NCBI GenBank assembly: GCA_043803405.1 | Contig: JAZDKB010000019.1 | Coordinates: 352,001 to 416,000, forward strand | Reading direction: 5' to 3' | DNA length: 64,000 nucleotides | Origin: Spirochaetota bacterium | GTDB taxonomy: Bacteria; Spirochaetota; UBA4802; JAFGDQ01 | In this document: positions 48,129 through 57,319 of the stretch, piece after piece | Numbering within the stretch: the first letter of the stretch is position 1 | How the letters are laid out: each line of letters starts with the position of its first letter | Translations under genes and position numbers: made by a program | The notes under the pieces: model-generated | What the model saw: the letters and a program-made list of their open reading frames with translations, nothing else | What the model was told of the DNA's origin: nothing | The model's database searches: none

Positions 48129-48808
48129 TTTAACTTATCCTTAAATAACTTTTTTATAAAGACAGGCGCCAGCGACATTAATGCCAGTAAAAGGAATGCA
48201 ATGAGGATTCTTGCCGAAATTATATCCGCAATGCTTTCAAGGGTGCCAGCCTGGCGTCCGCTATAAATATAAACGAATGACCCTGGTATAATTCCGACTG
48301 ACGTTGTCCATAGAAAAGTTCTGAGAGGTATTCGTGAAATACCGGCAAAGATATTGACAAGAAAAAACGGGATCAGCGGTATAAACCTGAGCGCGAGCAT
48401 ATAATTATTTCCATGCTTTTCAATCTCGCTGTTGAAACCACTGAGTTTGTCCTCATACTTATTTTGTATCCACGACCCGAATATATAGCGTGAAAACATG
48501 AAGGCGGACACGGCCCCTGATGTAGCGCCTATATTAACATAAAATATTCCCGCAAATCCGAACAGGAACCCACCTGCCAATGTCAATACTGCAGCTCCCG
48601 GTATGGAAACGGCAGTAACAATTAAATATATTAATATGTAAATAATCACGGAAAAAAGATAATTCAGGGATACAAAAGAAACCAGCTGCTGTTGATACAG
48701 TTTAAATTGCTCGAACGTCAGAAGCGTGTCAAGCCCGGTTAATTTCACCGCTGCAATGGCAGCTGCAACAGTCATTAAAACTATTATTCTTTTAGCAGTA
48801 CGATTCAT
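48125..48808 (-). CDS. TVP38/TMEM64 (DedA-superfamily) membrane protein
   Basis: SIPGAAVLTLAGGFLFG, LRFIPLIPFFLVN; ATG overlaps the upstream TGA. Confidence 0.9.
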   Translation of the reverse strand: MNRTAKRIIVLMTVAAAIAAVKLTGLDTLLTFEQFKLYQQQLVSFVSLNYLFSVIIYILIYLIVTAVSIPGAAVLTLAGGFLFGFAGIFYVNIGATSGAVSAFMFSRYIFGSWIQNKYEDKLSGFNSEIEKHGNNYMLALRFIPLIPFFLVNIFAGISRIPLRTFLWTTSVGIIPGSFVYIYSGRQAGTLESIADIISARILIAFLLLALMSLAPVFIKKLFKDKLK

Positions 48809-50232
48809 TTGAAAGAACGCAGCCATCCGATTAGTTTTACAACAGGATTATTTTTTATCCTGTCTATATAAGCATCCCTTGCCGCAAGACGTACAATTTC
48901 AGAATACGTGGGATAGATATGTATAACTGAGCTGAGCCTGTGAAGCGGAACGCCGAGTGTTTTTGCGGCATGCACTTCATGAATAATTTCGCCTGCCCTT
49001 TTCCCAAGAATATGTATGCCAAGTATCCTGCCTTTTTTTGTACAAATAAATTTTGCAAGCCCGTTCGTTGCCACGTCAGTTTTCGCACGGTCGATATTCG
49101 AGTAAGGAACGCGATAAATCCTGATATGGTTTTTGTATCTTTCGGCAGCTTCCTTCTCAGTAAGCCCGCTCCTCGCAAGCTCCGGATCGGTAAATGTGCA
49201 CCAGGGAATATTACGGTAGTCCGCTTTCTTTTTAAACGGGATAAAAGCATTACTAACTGCCAGTATTGCCTGGTAGTTCGCTACATGACTGAACTGAAAG
49301 GGACCGGTAACATCACCCGCGGCATATATATTGTTTACTGAAGTCAGCATGGTCTTACTCACAATTATTCCTGTGGAGCCTAATCGGACACCGGCTTGCT
49401 TAAGTCCGAGGCCTTCAACGTTGGGTTTCCTGCCCGCGGCTATCAGCACAATTTCCGCGTTTATTTTTTCTTTTCTGCCATTCTTCTGCTCGTATAAAAT
49501 TATACTGCCGGTTCCTTTTTTATCAATTCGAACAACCCTGGCTCCGGTGATTATCTTCACTCCTTCTGAGCGAAGAATATCCGCAAGAAGTGTGCTGCAT
49601 TCGCTGTCTTCGCGCGGAAGTATACCTGGCGCCATTTCGACCACACTGACATTTACGCCGAGCCTGTTAAAAGCAGAAGCGAGTTCTATGCCGATCGGAC
49701 CTCCGCCCAGCACGGCCATTGATACCGGCAGCCTGGAAAGCGAAAAAATATTTTCGTTCGTATAATACTTTATCTTTTCCAGCCCTTCAACAGGCGGCAC
49801 CGCAGGCCTTGAACCCGTGGTAATAATAAACATAGAAGATGTAACCGGCTTATCATTCAGGCGTATAGTATGAGGATCCGTAAATACAGCACGGGTGTTT
49901 TCAAATGCTGCAATGCCTGATTTTTTAAAATGCTCCGGGGTTTCATTGCTGTATACGTACTTTATTACTGCCGCGACTTCCTGAAACACTCTGTTCCTGC
50001 GGCGGGTATCCGGCTTAGAACCGGGATTAGCGACGTTAGACATATTGACTGTATCTGCTATATGCAGAAGCGCTTTGCTCGGCACGCACCCTGACCATGT
50101 GCACTCTCCGCCGAATTTTTTTACATCAACCAATGCAGCCCTTTTGCCAAGTCCATGGGCAAGGGTTACGGCAGTGATCCCAGCGCCACCTCCGCCTATT
50201 GCAATGAGGTCGTAATCATATTTTTTTTTCAT
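48805..50232 (-). CDS. Class-I pyridine nucleotide-disulfide oxidoreductase (MerA/Lpd-like)
   Basis: GGGGAG, redox pair GGECTWSGCVPSK, GGGPIG, FTDPE, HIYPT; lacks the MerA C-terminal CC. Confidence 0.9.
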   Translation of the reverse strand: MKKKYDYDLIAIGGGGAGITAVTLAHGLGKRAALVDVKKFGGECTWSGCVPSKALLHIADTVNMSNVANPGSKPDTRRRNRVFQEVAAVIKYVYSNETPEHFKKSGIAAFENTRAVFTDPHTIRLNDKPVTSSMFIITTGSRPAVPPVEGLEKIKYYTNENIFSLSRLPVSMAVLGGGPIGIELASAFNRLGVNVSVVEMAPGILPREDSECSTLLADILRSEGVKIITGARVVRIDKKGTGSIILYEQKNGRKEKINAEIVLIAAGRKPNVEGLGLKQAGVRLGSTGIIVSKTMLTSVNNIYAAGDVTGPFQFSHVANYQAILAVSNAFIPFKKKADYRNIPWCTFTDPELARSGLTEKEAAERYKNHIRIYRVPYSNIDRAKTDVATNGLAKFICTKKGRILGIHILGKRAGEIIHEVHAAKTLGVPLHRLSSVIHIYPTYSEIVRLAARDAYIDRIKNNPVVKLIGWLRSFK

Positions 50233-50366
50233 ACATTTCCTTCATTGCCGATTTAATATAGTTCAGCGTATTACCTGGAACTTCCTGCCATCCTGCAAAT
50301 TTCCTTCTCATGATAAACCGGGATAATAACCGAGATTTCCGGTTTGATGGATGCAGTTGTCTTCAC
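50216..50366 (-). pseudogene. Remnant of GT2 glycosyltransferase gene(s); probable deletion scar
   Basis: GTG overlapping the radical SAM stop gives KTTASIKPEISVIIPVYHEKE (GT2 N-terminal motif), stop at 50271; a second frame ends ...NTLNYIKSAMKEMYEKKI* overlapping the next gene start. Confidence 0.65.
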
Positions 50367-51376
50367 GCTGACTTAACCGCTGTTGCGCCCTGGCACGATG
50401 ATCCTGCACCTGCGCAGCAGCCGTAACAGTGATTATGGACAGCAATTTTACGGTTACTTAGCGCATGGTAGTCAAACAGTTCAATTCTGTCCGGGGCACC
50501 GTGATCAATCGACAGTTTCAGCGCCTGATTAAAATCGCAGTCATAGAGCGTCCCGTCCCATCCGACTGATACTGTGCTGGTGCACATTGCATTGCTCATT
50601 GTCGCAGGATTAAAAGCGCGGCAAAGATCGTTAAAATAGTCATCATAATTTTCAGATTCTATTAAATATTCAAGATAACGCCCTACAGGCATATTCGTTA
50701 TGCAATAAAGATTATTAAACACGACGCCGAATTGATCTTTAAGCCTGTTTCTATACTCATTTTCAAGCGCTTTCTGGCTGCCCGGCAGAAAAGCCCCCAC
50801 GGGATTATGTATGATATTAAGCATCATCCCGCTGCCATCGGATCCGTATCCAAGCATGTTGAGCATTCGGATAGCTTCGATTATCTTTTTGAAAGTACCG
50901 GCCCCGCGCTGCCGGTCCGATAATTCCTCATTGAATCCGGGCAAAGAAGTAATTATCTCAACCTTGTTGTCCGCAAAGATATCCAGCATATTTTTATATC
51001 CAGGATCCGGAAGCAATATCAGGTTTGTGCGCACTATAATGCGCGTTCCAGTGCTTTTAATACCGGGTATAAACCATTCCAGATTGCTGTTGAGTTCCGG
51101 AGCACCGCCTGTTATATCCACTGTGCCGATTTCATTATGTCGTATCACATCAAGGCATTTTTCAAATACTGATTTTGGCATTTTATTCACAGCCTTCGGA
51201 CCTGCCTCAAGGTGACAATGTTTGCATGTTAGATTGCATAAATATCCCACATTAATTTGCAGTGTTTCCAGTTTTGAAGCTTTTAACGAGCCGCCTATAT
51301 GCCGGATCACAGCTTCTTCAAATGGTATATTGCCTCCGATAAGGCATAATTTTTCCAGTTGTTTGCTGACTTCCAT
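50363..51376 (-). CDS. arsS: Radical SAM protein, ArsS/DUF3641 (arsenosugar biosynthesis-type) family
   Basis: LQINVGYLCNLTCKHCH, DITGGAPE, YDCDFNQ, HCYGCCAGAGSSCQG. Confidence 0.85.
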   Translation of the reverse strand: MEVSKQLEKLCLIGGNIPFEEAVIRHIGGSLKASKLETLQINVGYLCNLTCKHCHLEAGPKAVNKMPKSVFEKCLDVIRHNEIGTVDITGGAPELNSNLEWFIPGIKSTGTRIIVRTNLILLPDPGYKNMLDIFADNKVEIITSLPGFNEELSDRQRGAGTFKKIIEAIRMLNMLGYGSDGSGMMLNIIHNPVGAFLPGSQKALENEYRNRLKDQFGVVFNNLYCITNMPVGRYLEYLIESENYDDYFNDLCRAFNPATMSNAMCTSTVSVGWDGTLYDCDFNQALKLSIDHGAPDRIELFDYHALSNRKIAVHNHCYGCCAGAGSSCQGATAVKSA

Positions 51377-51708
51377 TACATTTTCTTCTGTTTCACGATT
51401 TTACGCATCTGGGTGGAGTGGGCAAGCGTAATACCCGCCAGCATTGCGGCGCCTGTATGTACAGCTTCCATCATTTCATCTTCCGTAATGCCGAGTGAAG
51501 AACATTTGTTTGTATACGCGTCAATGCAATACGGGCAATGTTGGGTCATTGCGACAGCAAGGGAGATCAGCGTCTTTTCGCGCTCTGACAGTTTCCCCCC
51601 GGCGGTTGCCGAATTATAATATTCAAAAAATTTATTCCCCTGTTCCGGCGCATTTTCAATAATGTTGGGGAAATCCGCCAGATCCTTCGTTTCATAATAA
51701 TTCGGCAT
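51376..51708 (-). CDS. AhpD/CMD-like peroxidase-related protein associated with ArsS
   Basis: YYETKDL..F, LSEREKTLISLAVA, CPYCIDAY, EMMEAVH. Confidence 0.87.
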   Translation of the reverse strand: MPNYYETKDLADFPNIIENAPEQGNKFFEYYNSATAGGKLSEREKTLISLAVAMTQHCPYCIDAYTNKCSSLGITEDEMMEAVHTGAAMLAGITLAHSTQMRKIVKQKKM

Positions 51709-51932
51709 ATCGATTCTCCATTTAATTTTAAACTTTTTTTACAAATCCGATGTCTATGCGGTGTTTAAGAAGCATAGGGATTTTCATATCCAGGGCAATT
51801 TTATTCGGGAATTATATAATTAAAGCAGGAGTATGTCAAGCCATGACAACAATGAAATATTAATAACGGATATTGTTATAAAAATATGTTGGAATAATTG
51901 GTTCATTACGGAATGCGGAAGAAAATCTAAAA

Positions 51933-52217
51933 GCCCTCACCCCTAACCCTCTCCCGGAATATTATTTTTGAGATTAACTTTTTCTGTAGTCCGGGAGAGG
52001 GGAAGCTGAAAGGATTGATTATATACAAAATATTAAAAAACATTTTCAAGAAATCTTAGACATGAATCAACAACGGAAGGAAAGAAACTCTTGAATGCAT
52101 TAAGGAATAATAGTACTTTAAACAAAAAAATTAAAACTTAAAGGTTCCCCTCTCCAGGCCTGTAAGATTTACTTTTCACACAAAGCATTAAGCCGGGAGC
52201 GGGATAGGGGTGAGGGC
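51933..52217. repeat. Bipartite REP-like element (ccctcacccctaaccctctccc...gggagaggg family)
   Basis: Left half gccctcacccctaaccctctcccgg..ccgggagagggga; inverted right half tcccctctcc..gggagcgggataggggtgagggc. Confidence 0.75.
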
Positions 52218-52304
52218 ATTGGATGCCAAGACATTTTTTTATTTTTATTCCTTTTCCCCAACATTCGGGAAACTTTAAAAGGACTTATAAATAGAGATGC
52301 GTAT

Positions 52305-52334
52305 AAAAAAGAGCAGGGGCCTTAACCCCTGCTT
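52305..52334 (-). terminator. Rho-independent terminator of the hsp20 pair
   Basis: Minus strand aagcagggg-ttaagg-cccctgct followed by a U-tract. Confidence 0.75.
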
Positions 52335-52407
52335 GCAGAATCAACCGTTGTCCCTTTAAGGGACTTTCCCTTTAAGGGACTTTCTGCTTATGTTAATTTT
52401 TTTGTTA

Positions 52408-52779
52408 TTATTGAATTTTTACTTCAATCCTCCTGGGTTTTGCTTCTTCCTTTTTAGGCAGTTTTATAGTCAGTATTCCGTTTTCAAGATTTGCGGATAA
52501 AGCATTGCTATCAACTGTGTTATCAATTGTCAGTTTCCTGTAATAATCATACAGATCGAATTCCGAATATTTAAGATCACTTGAATCAGGAAAATTTCCG
52601 TTTATCCTGCCATTTATTTCGAGCTCATTATTCTTTAAAGTTACTTCAAGCCCTTCTTTTGCGACACCGGGCATCTCACTTTTTATAATATATTCACTGT
52701 CATTTTCGTATATGTCAGTGGATGGAATTAGCCTGCACCCTTCATCTGTATTTCTATTAGTTATTAATTGCGCATCCAT
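52408..52779 (-). CDS. Hsp20/alpha-crystallin small heat-shock protein
   Basis: PSTDIYE, EMPGV, ANLENGILTIKLPK, PRRIEV; GGAGG RBS before ATG 52779. Confidence 0.92.
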   Translation of the reverse strand: MDAQLITNRNTDEGCRLIPSTDIYENDSEYIIKSEMPGVAKEGLEVTLKNNELEINGRINGNFPDSSDLKYSEFDLYDYYRKLTIDNTVDSNALSANLENGILTIKLPKKEEAKPRRIEVKIQ

Positions 52780-52792
52780 TTTAGTGCCTCCC

Positions 52793-53206
52793 TTATTGTA
52801 TTTGAATTTTTTTCGGCATTGCTTCTTCAGCCATTTCAAGCTTTACAGTCAGTATGCCGTCTTTCATGCTTGCACTGATTTTGTCCGGATCAACTTTATA
52901 GGGGATATTTACTGATCTGCTGAATTTCCCGTAGTCCCGTTCTCTCATCAAACACGAACCGGTATCAACGCTTTTTTTATCATATTCAATTAGAAGTGAA
53001 TTGTCCTTTAATTGAAGATTTATATCTTCTACTTTTTCACCCGGAGCCTGCACTTCGACATCAATTTTACCGTTTTTTTCGTAAATATTTACAAAAGGAG
53101 ATTCTATAAAATCAGCACAACAACAATCCTCTACGTAATCAGGAAATATGTTTTCTCCTACTAAACAGGCATCTATGTCATTTATAATATCACATGTTGC
53201 AATCAT
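52793..53206 (-). CDS. Hsp20/alpha-crystallin small heat-shock protein
   Basis: PFVNIYE, RERDYGKFSRS, ASMKDGILTV, PKKIQI. Confidence 0.9.
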   Translation of the reverse strand: MIATCDIINDIDACLVGENIFPDYVEDCCCADFIESPFVNIYEKNGKIDVEVQAPGEKVEDINLQLKDNSLLIEYDKKSVDTGSCLMRERDYGKFSRSVNIPYKVDPDKISASMKDGILTVKLEMAEEAMPKKIQIQ

Positions 53207-53443
53207 GGCTGGCCTCCTGTCACTCGTATTAATATGCGTTAGTTCTAAATCTTAAAACCAACTAACTCTTGATAACAGAATATACAAATTAAACAAGTAA
53301 ACGTCAATAGGCAGAAAATTTTTTTAATTATTTACAAATTTAAAACTATAGTTTAATATATTAAGATGCTGATAAGCTTTGCAAAATAGTTTAAAAAAAA
53401 GGGATTCTGTATAATTAAATATAATTTTTATTGAAAGTTACAC

Positions 53444-54577
53444 ATGACTGATACAACAAAATTATTTCATTTAATGCGTTTTTTTATTATACTATTATTT
53501 TGTCCTGCAGTATCTGCGGATTTTGATAATAATAAATTAAAAGATATTAAGCTTTCACCGGGATTCAAGATAGAGATATTTGCAGCGCCGGTCCCCGGAG
53601 CACGATCGCTTTCTCTCGGGAACAATGGCACGGTTTTTGTCGGAACCAGGTCAGCCGGCAGAGTCTATGCTGTTATTGACAACAATAAAGATTATACAGC
53701 TGATAAAATTATTGCAATTGCAAAAGATCTGAACAATCCTAACGGCGTTGCTTTCCGGAAAGGTGATCTGTATGTCGCTGAGATCAGCAGGATTTTAAAA
53801 TATAAAAATATTGAAAATAATCTGAATGCGGCTGCCGTACCGGTGGTAATAAACGACACGTTTCCGAAGGAAGGCCATCATGGCTGGAAATTCATATCAT
53901 TCGGTCCGGATGGAAAATTATACGTGCCGGTCGGAGCACCCTGCAATATTTGCCTGTCTAAAGATAAAATGTATGCTTCAATAATGAGGATGAATCCGGA
54001 CGGCTCCGGACTGGAAATATTTGCGAACGGGGTAAGGAACACAGTCGGTTTTGACTGGAATCCGGACACCGGTGAACTATGGTTCACTGACAACGGACGC
54101 GACTGGCTTGGAAATGACCAGCCTCCGGATGAGCTGAACCGCGCTCCTTTAAAAGGACTGCATTTCGGATATCCCTACATTCACGGCGATTCGGTTAAAG
54201 ATCCGGATTTCGGCCGGGATATATCAAACGAGAGATTCGAAAAGCCGGCAAAAGAACTTGGAGCTCACGTTGCCGCGCTCGGCATGAGATTCTACACAGG
54301 AAAAATGTTCCCTGAAAAATACCGCAAACAAATATTCATTGCAGAACACGGATCATGGAACAGGGTGCCGCCTGCCGGCTACAGAATTATGCTTGCAGAG
54401 TTAATAAACAATAAAGTTGTTTCTTATAAACCATTCGCTGAGGGATGGCTGCGGGGTTTTAATGCATGGGGCAGACCTGTAGATGTTCTTAATATGCCGG
54501 ATGGATCAATTATTATATCAGATGACCGTGCTGATGTATTATACAGAATAACATACAGCAAAGGCATGAAATTATAA
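53444..54577 (+). CDS. Exported glucose/sorbosone dehydrogenase-family (PQQ-type beta-propeller) protein
   Basis: Signal peptide; HHGWKFISFGPDGKLY, GAPCNIC, GVRNTVGFDW, EHGSWNR, GRPVDV. Confidence 0.88.
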   Translation: MTDTTKLFHLMRFFIILLFCPAVSADFDNNKLKDIKLSPGFKIEIFAAPVPGARSLSLGNNGTVFVGTRSAGRVYAVIDNNKDYTADKIIAIAKDLNNPNGVAFRKGDLYVAEISRILKYKNIENNLNAAAVPVVINDTFPKEGHHGWKFISFGPDGKLYVPVGAPCNICLSKDKMYASIMRMNPDGSGLEIFANGVRNTVGFDWNPDTGELWFTDNGRDWLGNDQPPDELNRAPLKGLHFGYPYIHGDSVKDPDFGRDISNERFEKPAKELGAHVAALGMRFYTGKMFPEKYRKQIFIAEHGSWNRVPPAGYRIMLAELINNKVVSYKPFAEGWLRGFNAWGRPVDVLNMPDGSIIISDDRADVLYRITYSKGMKL

Positions 54578-54714
54578 ATTCCGTCGTTATGTTCTTCTAA
54601 CGGATTCCATTAGTATAAAATACTAAGATTGATTAATTTACAAAATTCAAATAATAGATTACAGTATATGAAAAGTTATACCTATGCAAATAAAAAAGGA
54701 GAAAGGAAAACTCT

Positions 54715-55179
54715 ATGAAAGGAAATGAAAAGTTGCTGGAAACATTAAACTCGCTCCTGGCGGACGAGCTTACTGCTGTAAATCAATATATGGTGCATTC
54801 GGAGATGGCGGATAATTGGGGATACAAAAAGCTGCATGATCATTTTGAAAAGCGGGCGATTGATGAAATGAAACATGCGGAAAAACTTATTGGCCGCATA
54901 TTATTTCTTGAAGGTATCCCGAACGTAAGTAATTACCGCAAAATAAATATCGGAGCCGATGTGCCTAAACAGCTCATGAGCGATCACGCGTCTGAAAGCG
55001 ACGCAATCAAAGCCTACAATGCCGGAATAAAACTTGCAGGCGAAGTGCCCGATTTTGCTACAAGAGAGGTCCTTGAGAAAATACTTAATGACGAGGACCG
55101 CCATTTGGATGAAATTGAAGCTCTTCAGGATCAGATCAAGCAGATGACCTTACAGATATTTTTATCTGCCCAGCTGTAA
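54715..55179 (+). CDS. bfr: Bacterioferritin
   Basis: MKG start, ELTAVNQY, DEMKHA (heme Met), RILFLEG, DEDRH. Confidence 0.94.
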   Translation: MKGNEKLLETLNSLLADELTAVNQYMVHSEMADNWGYKKLHDHFEKRAIDEMKHAEKLIGRILFLEGIPNVSNYRKINIGADVPKQLMSDHASESDAIKAYNAGIKLAGEVPDFATREVLEKILNDEDRHLDEIEALQDQIKQMTLQIFLSAQL

Positions 55180-55233
55180 TGCAAACAGATATATTGCACT
55201 TGTGCAGTCAGCAAGATTTATACAGGAGGAATT

Positions 55234-55608
55234 ATGGACAAAGTAGTTCATTTCGAAATTCCCTATGACAACAAAGACCGAGCTTCAAAGTTCTATTCGG
55301 AAATATTCGGATGGAAGCTTCTGGATATCCCGGAAATGCAGTATATAATGGTCTATGCTGCAAAGACGGATAAAAACAATATGGTTGATGAAAAAGGCGC
55401 TATCAATGGCGGTCTGTTTCAAAGGGATGATACCGCTAAACAACCTATGGTAGTGATAGGCGTAGAATCGATCGACGAAACGGTTAAGAAAGTGCTGTCA
55501 GCCGGAGGAAAGCTGGTAACTCCAAAGCAGCCGATACCGAATGGCTCTTATGCCAGGATTGCGGATTGTGAAGGGAATATAATCGGACTTGCTGATGAAT
55601 CTAAATAA
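55234..55608 (+). CDS. VOC/glyoxalase-family protein
   Basis: VVHFEIP...FYSEIFGW, GAINGG, DCEGNIIGL. Confidence 0.9.
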   Translation: MDKVVHFEIPYDNKDRASKFYSEIFGWKLLDIPEMQYIMVYAAKTDKNNMVDEKGAINGGLFQRDDTAKQPMVVIGVESIDETVKKVLSAGGKLVTPKQPIPNGSYARIADCEGNIIGLADESK

Positions 55609-55654
55609 CGTAAATTAATTTTATAGCTTTTTTAATCAACCGGAGGATTGATAC

Positions 55655-57259
55655 ATGATTCTGGAAAATAAAAAAGCAGGAAAAGATAATCCCGGGTACC
55701 GTGAAGAGCTTGAGCTTGAAAATACTGCTTTAAAAGAGCAGATAAGGGAAGTATTATTTCTCCGCGATTACGACGAAAAGTTGCTGAAAAGCATGATAAG
55801 CAACAATGAGAAGCTCATCAACCGTTATCTTGAAATGACCGAAACCAATGTTTCGGTCATTAAGAACGCAGTTGACGAATTCAAGCTCAATCTTTCAAAC
55901 ATGAACCAGGGCATTCAGCAAATGGCAATCGCGGTTACTGACCTCGCCGATTCTACGACCCGGCAGAACGATTTTTGCAGGCTTATTCTCGAGAACATAC
56001 TGAAAGTAGAAAACAACAATGAGCTGAGTTTCGATGACCTGAAAACATTAAACGCCAGTATAAATAATTTACGGACAAATTCAGAGGAACTGACAAAGCT
56101 TGTAACGAACGTGGAAGATATCGCCGAAAGGCTGCGATATTTGAGCCTTAACGGAAAGATACAGGTGGCATTTCTGAAAAACCTTGAAAGGCAAATGAAT
56201 GTTCAAAAAATGGGTGAAACCGCGGGTTTCGGAGTTATAGCCGACCGGATGGAAAAACTGTCCGGCAGGGTTGCAGGGCTCGTAAATGAACAAAACAGTT
56301 CTACAAAGTACATAATCGGCAATATTATGGAATCAGTGGAACTTTCGCACAAGGTTGAAAATATTCAGGTGGACAATCTTGCTTCACTAAAGGAAGTCTC
56401 GGAATTTGTTTCAAAACTGTATGAAGAGTTAACTTCGGTAGCAGCAGGCTCCGAACAGCTTTCTTCCACTGCAGAGGAATTTTCCGCAAGTGTTGAAGAA
56501 CTGTCCGCATCTATTGATTCTATCGCAGTGACTATTACCGGCTTCCACGAAATGCTAAAAAAGGAAGTCGAACTTTATAAAAAGCTGGGAGTTATCGCGG
56601 ATAAATTGCAAAAGATCGCAGATCGCTCTGAGAGCGTGCGGGATGCAGGCATGGAAATGATGAAATTATTCAGGACGGAATTCAAGGACTCCGCATCCGG
56701 GAAACCTCTTTTTGTAATGGCACGGTTATTCGCGACAATTCCATACAGAGATATGCCGGACGATTACAGGAAAAAATTTTCCCGTGAAGGCGTTACGGAT
56801 GAGTCTGTATTCCTCTGCCTGTTCGGCACATCAGGCGACGAATCCGACTGGGACGATGTATACAAGTCGAAAACCCACCAGGCAATGCTGCTTCCGGAAA
56901 GCGAAGATCAGCTTAAACAAATGCCTATGCTCGCGAGAAACTTCGGGAAAATGGGCATACCTTACAGGGACATCGTTCACCCGGAAACAGGCGCAGAACG
57001 GCATACGGTAGAGGATTATTCCCTGGAAAAGCAGGCAGAAGGATCGCCTTTTATACCTGATCAGGCTTTCGTAAAAAAATACGGTATAAAAAGCCAGATA
57101 GGCGTAGGCGGAGTGTTCCCGTCCGGGAATATCTTCACATGCTTTCTTTTCTCAAGAATGCCTCTTGACGACAACTTCGCGCAAACATTTAAAATAATAC
57201 CTATGGCGCTTCAGATGGCGCTCTATAAATTCGATATTTCGCACAGGTATTTTGCGTGA
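55655..57259 (+). CDS. Soluble MCP-signalling-like protein fused to a C-terminal putative sensor domain
   Basis: Coiled-coil hairpin with IAERLRYLSLN...GFGVIADRMEKLS, methylation-like SEQLSSTAEEFSASVEE; about 200-aa globular C-terminal domain; no TM. Confidence 0.65.
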   Translation: MILENKKAGKDNPGYREELELENTALKEQIREVLFLRDYDEKLLKSMISNNEKLINRYLEMTETNVSVIKNAVDEFKLNLSNMNQGIQQMAIAVTDLADSTTRQNDFCRLILENILKVENNNELSFDDLKTLNASINNLRTNSEELTKLVTNVEDIAERLRYLSLNGKIQVAFLKNLERQMNVQKMGETAGFGVIADRMEKLSGRVAGLVNEQNSSTKYIIGNIMESVELSHKVENIQVDNLASLKEVSEFVSKLYEELTSVAAGSEQLSSTAEEFSASVEELSASIDSIAVTITGFHEMLKKEVELYKKLGVIADKLQKIADRSESVRDAGMEMMKLFRTEFKDSASGKPLFVMARLFATIPYRDMPDDYRKKFSREGVTDESVFLCLFGTSGDESDWDDVYKSKTHQAMLLPESEDQLKQMPMLARNFGKMGIPYRDIVHPETGAERHTVEDYSLEKQAEGSPFIPDQAFVKKYGIKSQIGVGGVFPSGNIFTCFLFSRMPLDDNFAQTFKIIPMALQMALYKFDISHRYFA

Positions 57260-57319
57260 CATCGGTCAATTACCGGATTGTCCGATGGCATTGCCGGTTT
57301 TTAAAGAAGAGGGGATATT

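Noticed and set aside
48805..50232. True mercuric reductase (merA)
   Set aside because: No C-terminal vicinal CC pair, no N-terminal metal-binding domain and no mer operon genes
50363..50420. Selenocysteine read-through in the radical SAM C-terminus
   Set aside because: The relevant position is a Cys codon (SSCQG); the TGA lies past the conserved end and overlaps the next GTG
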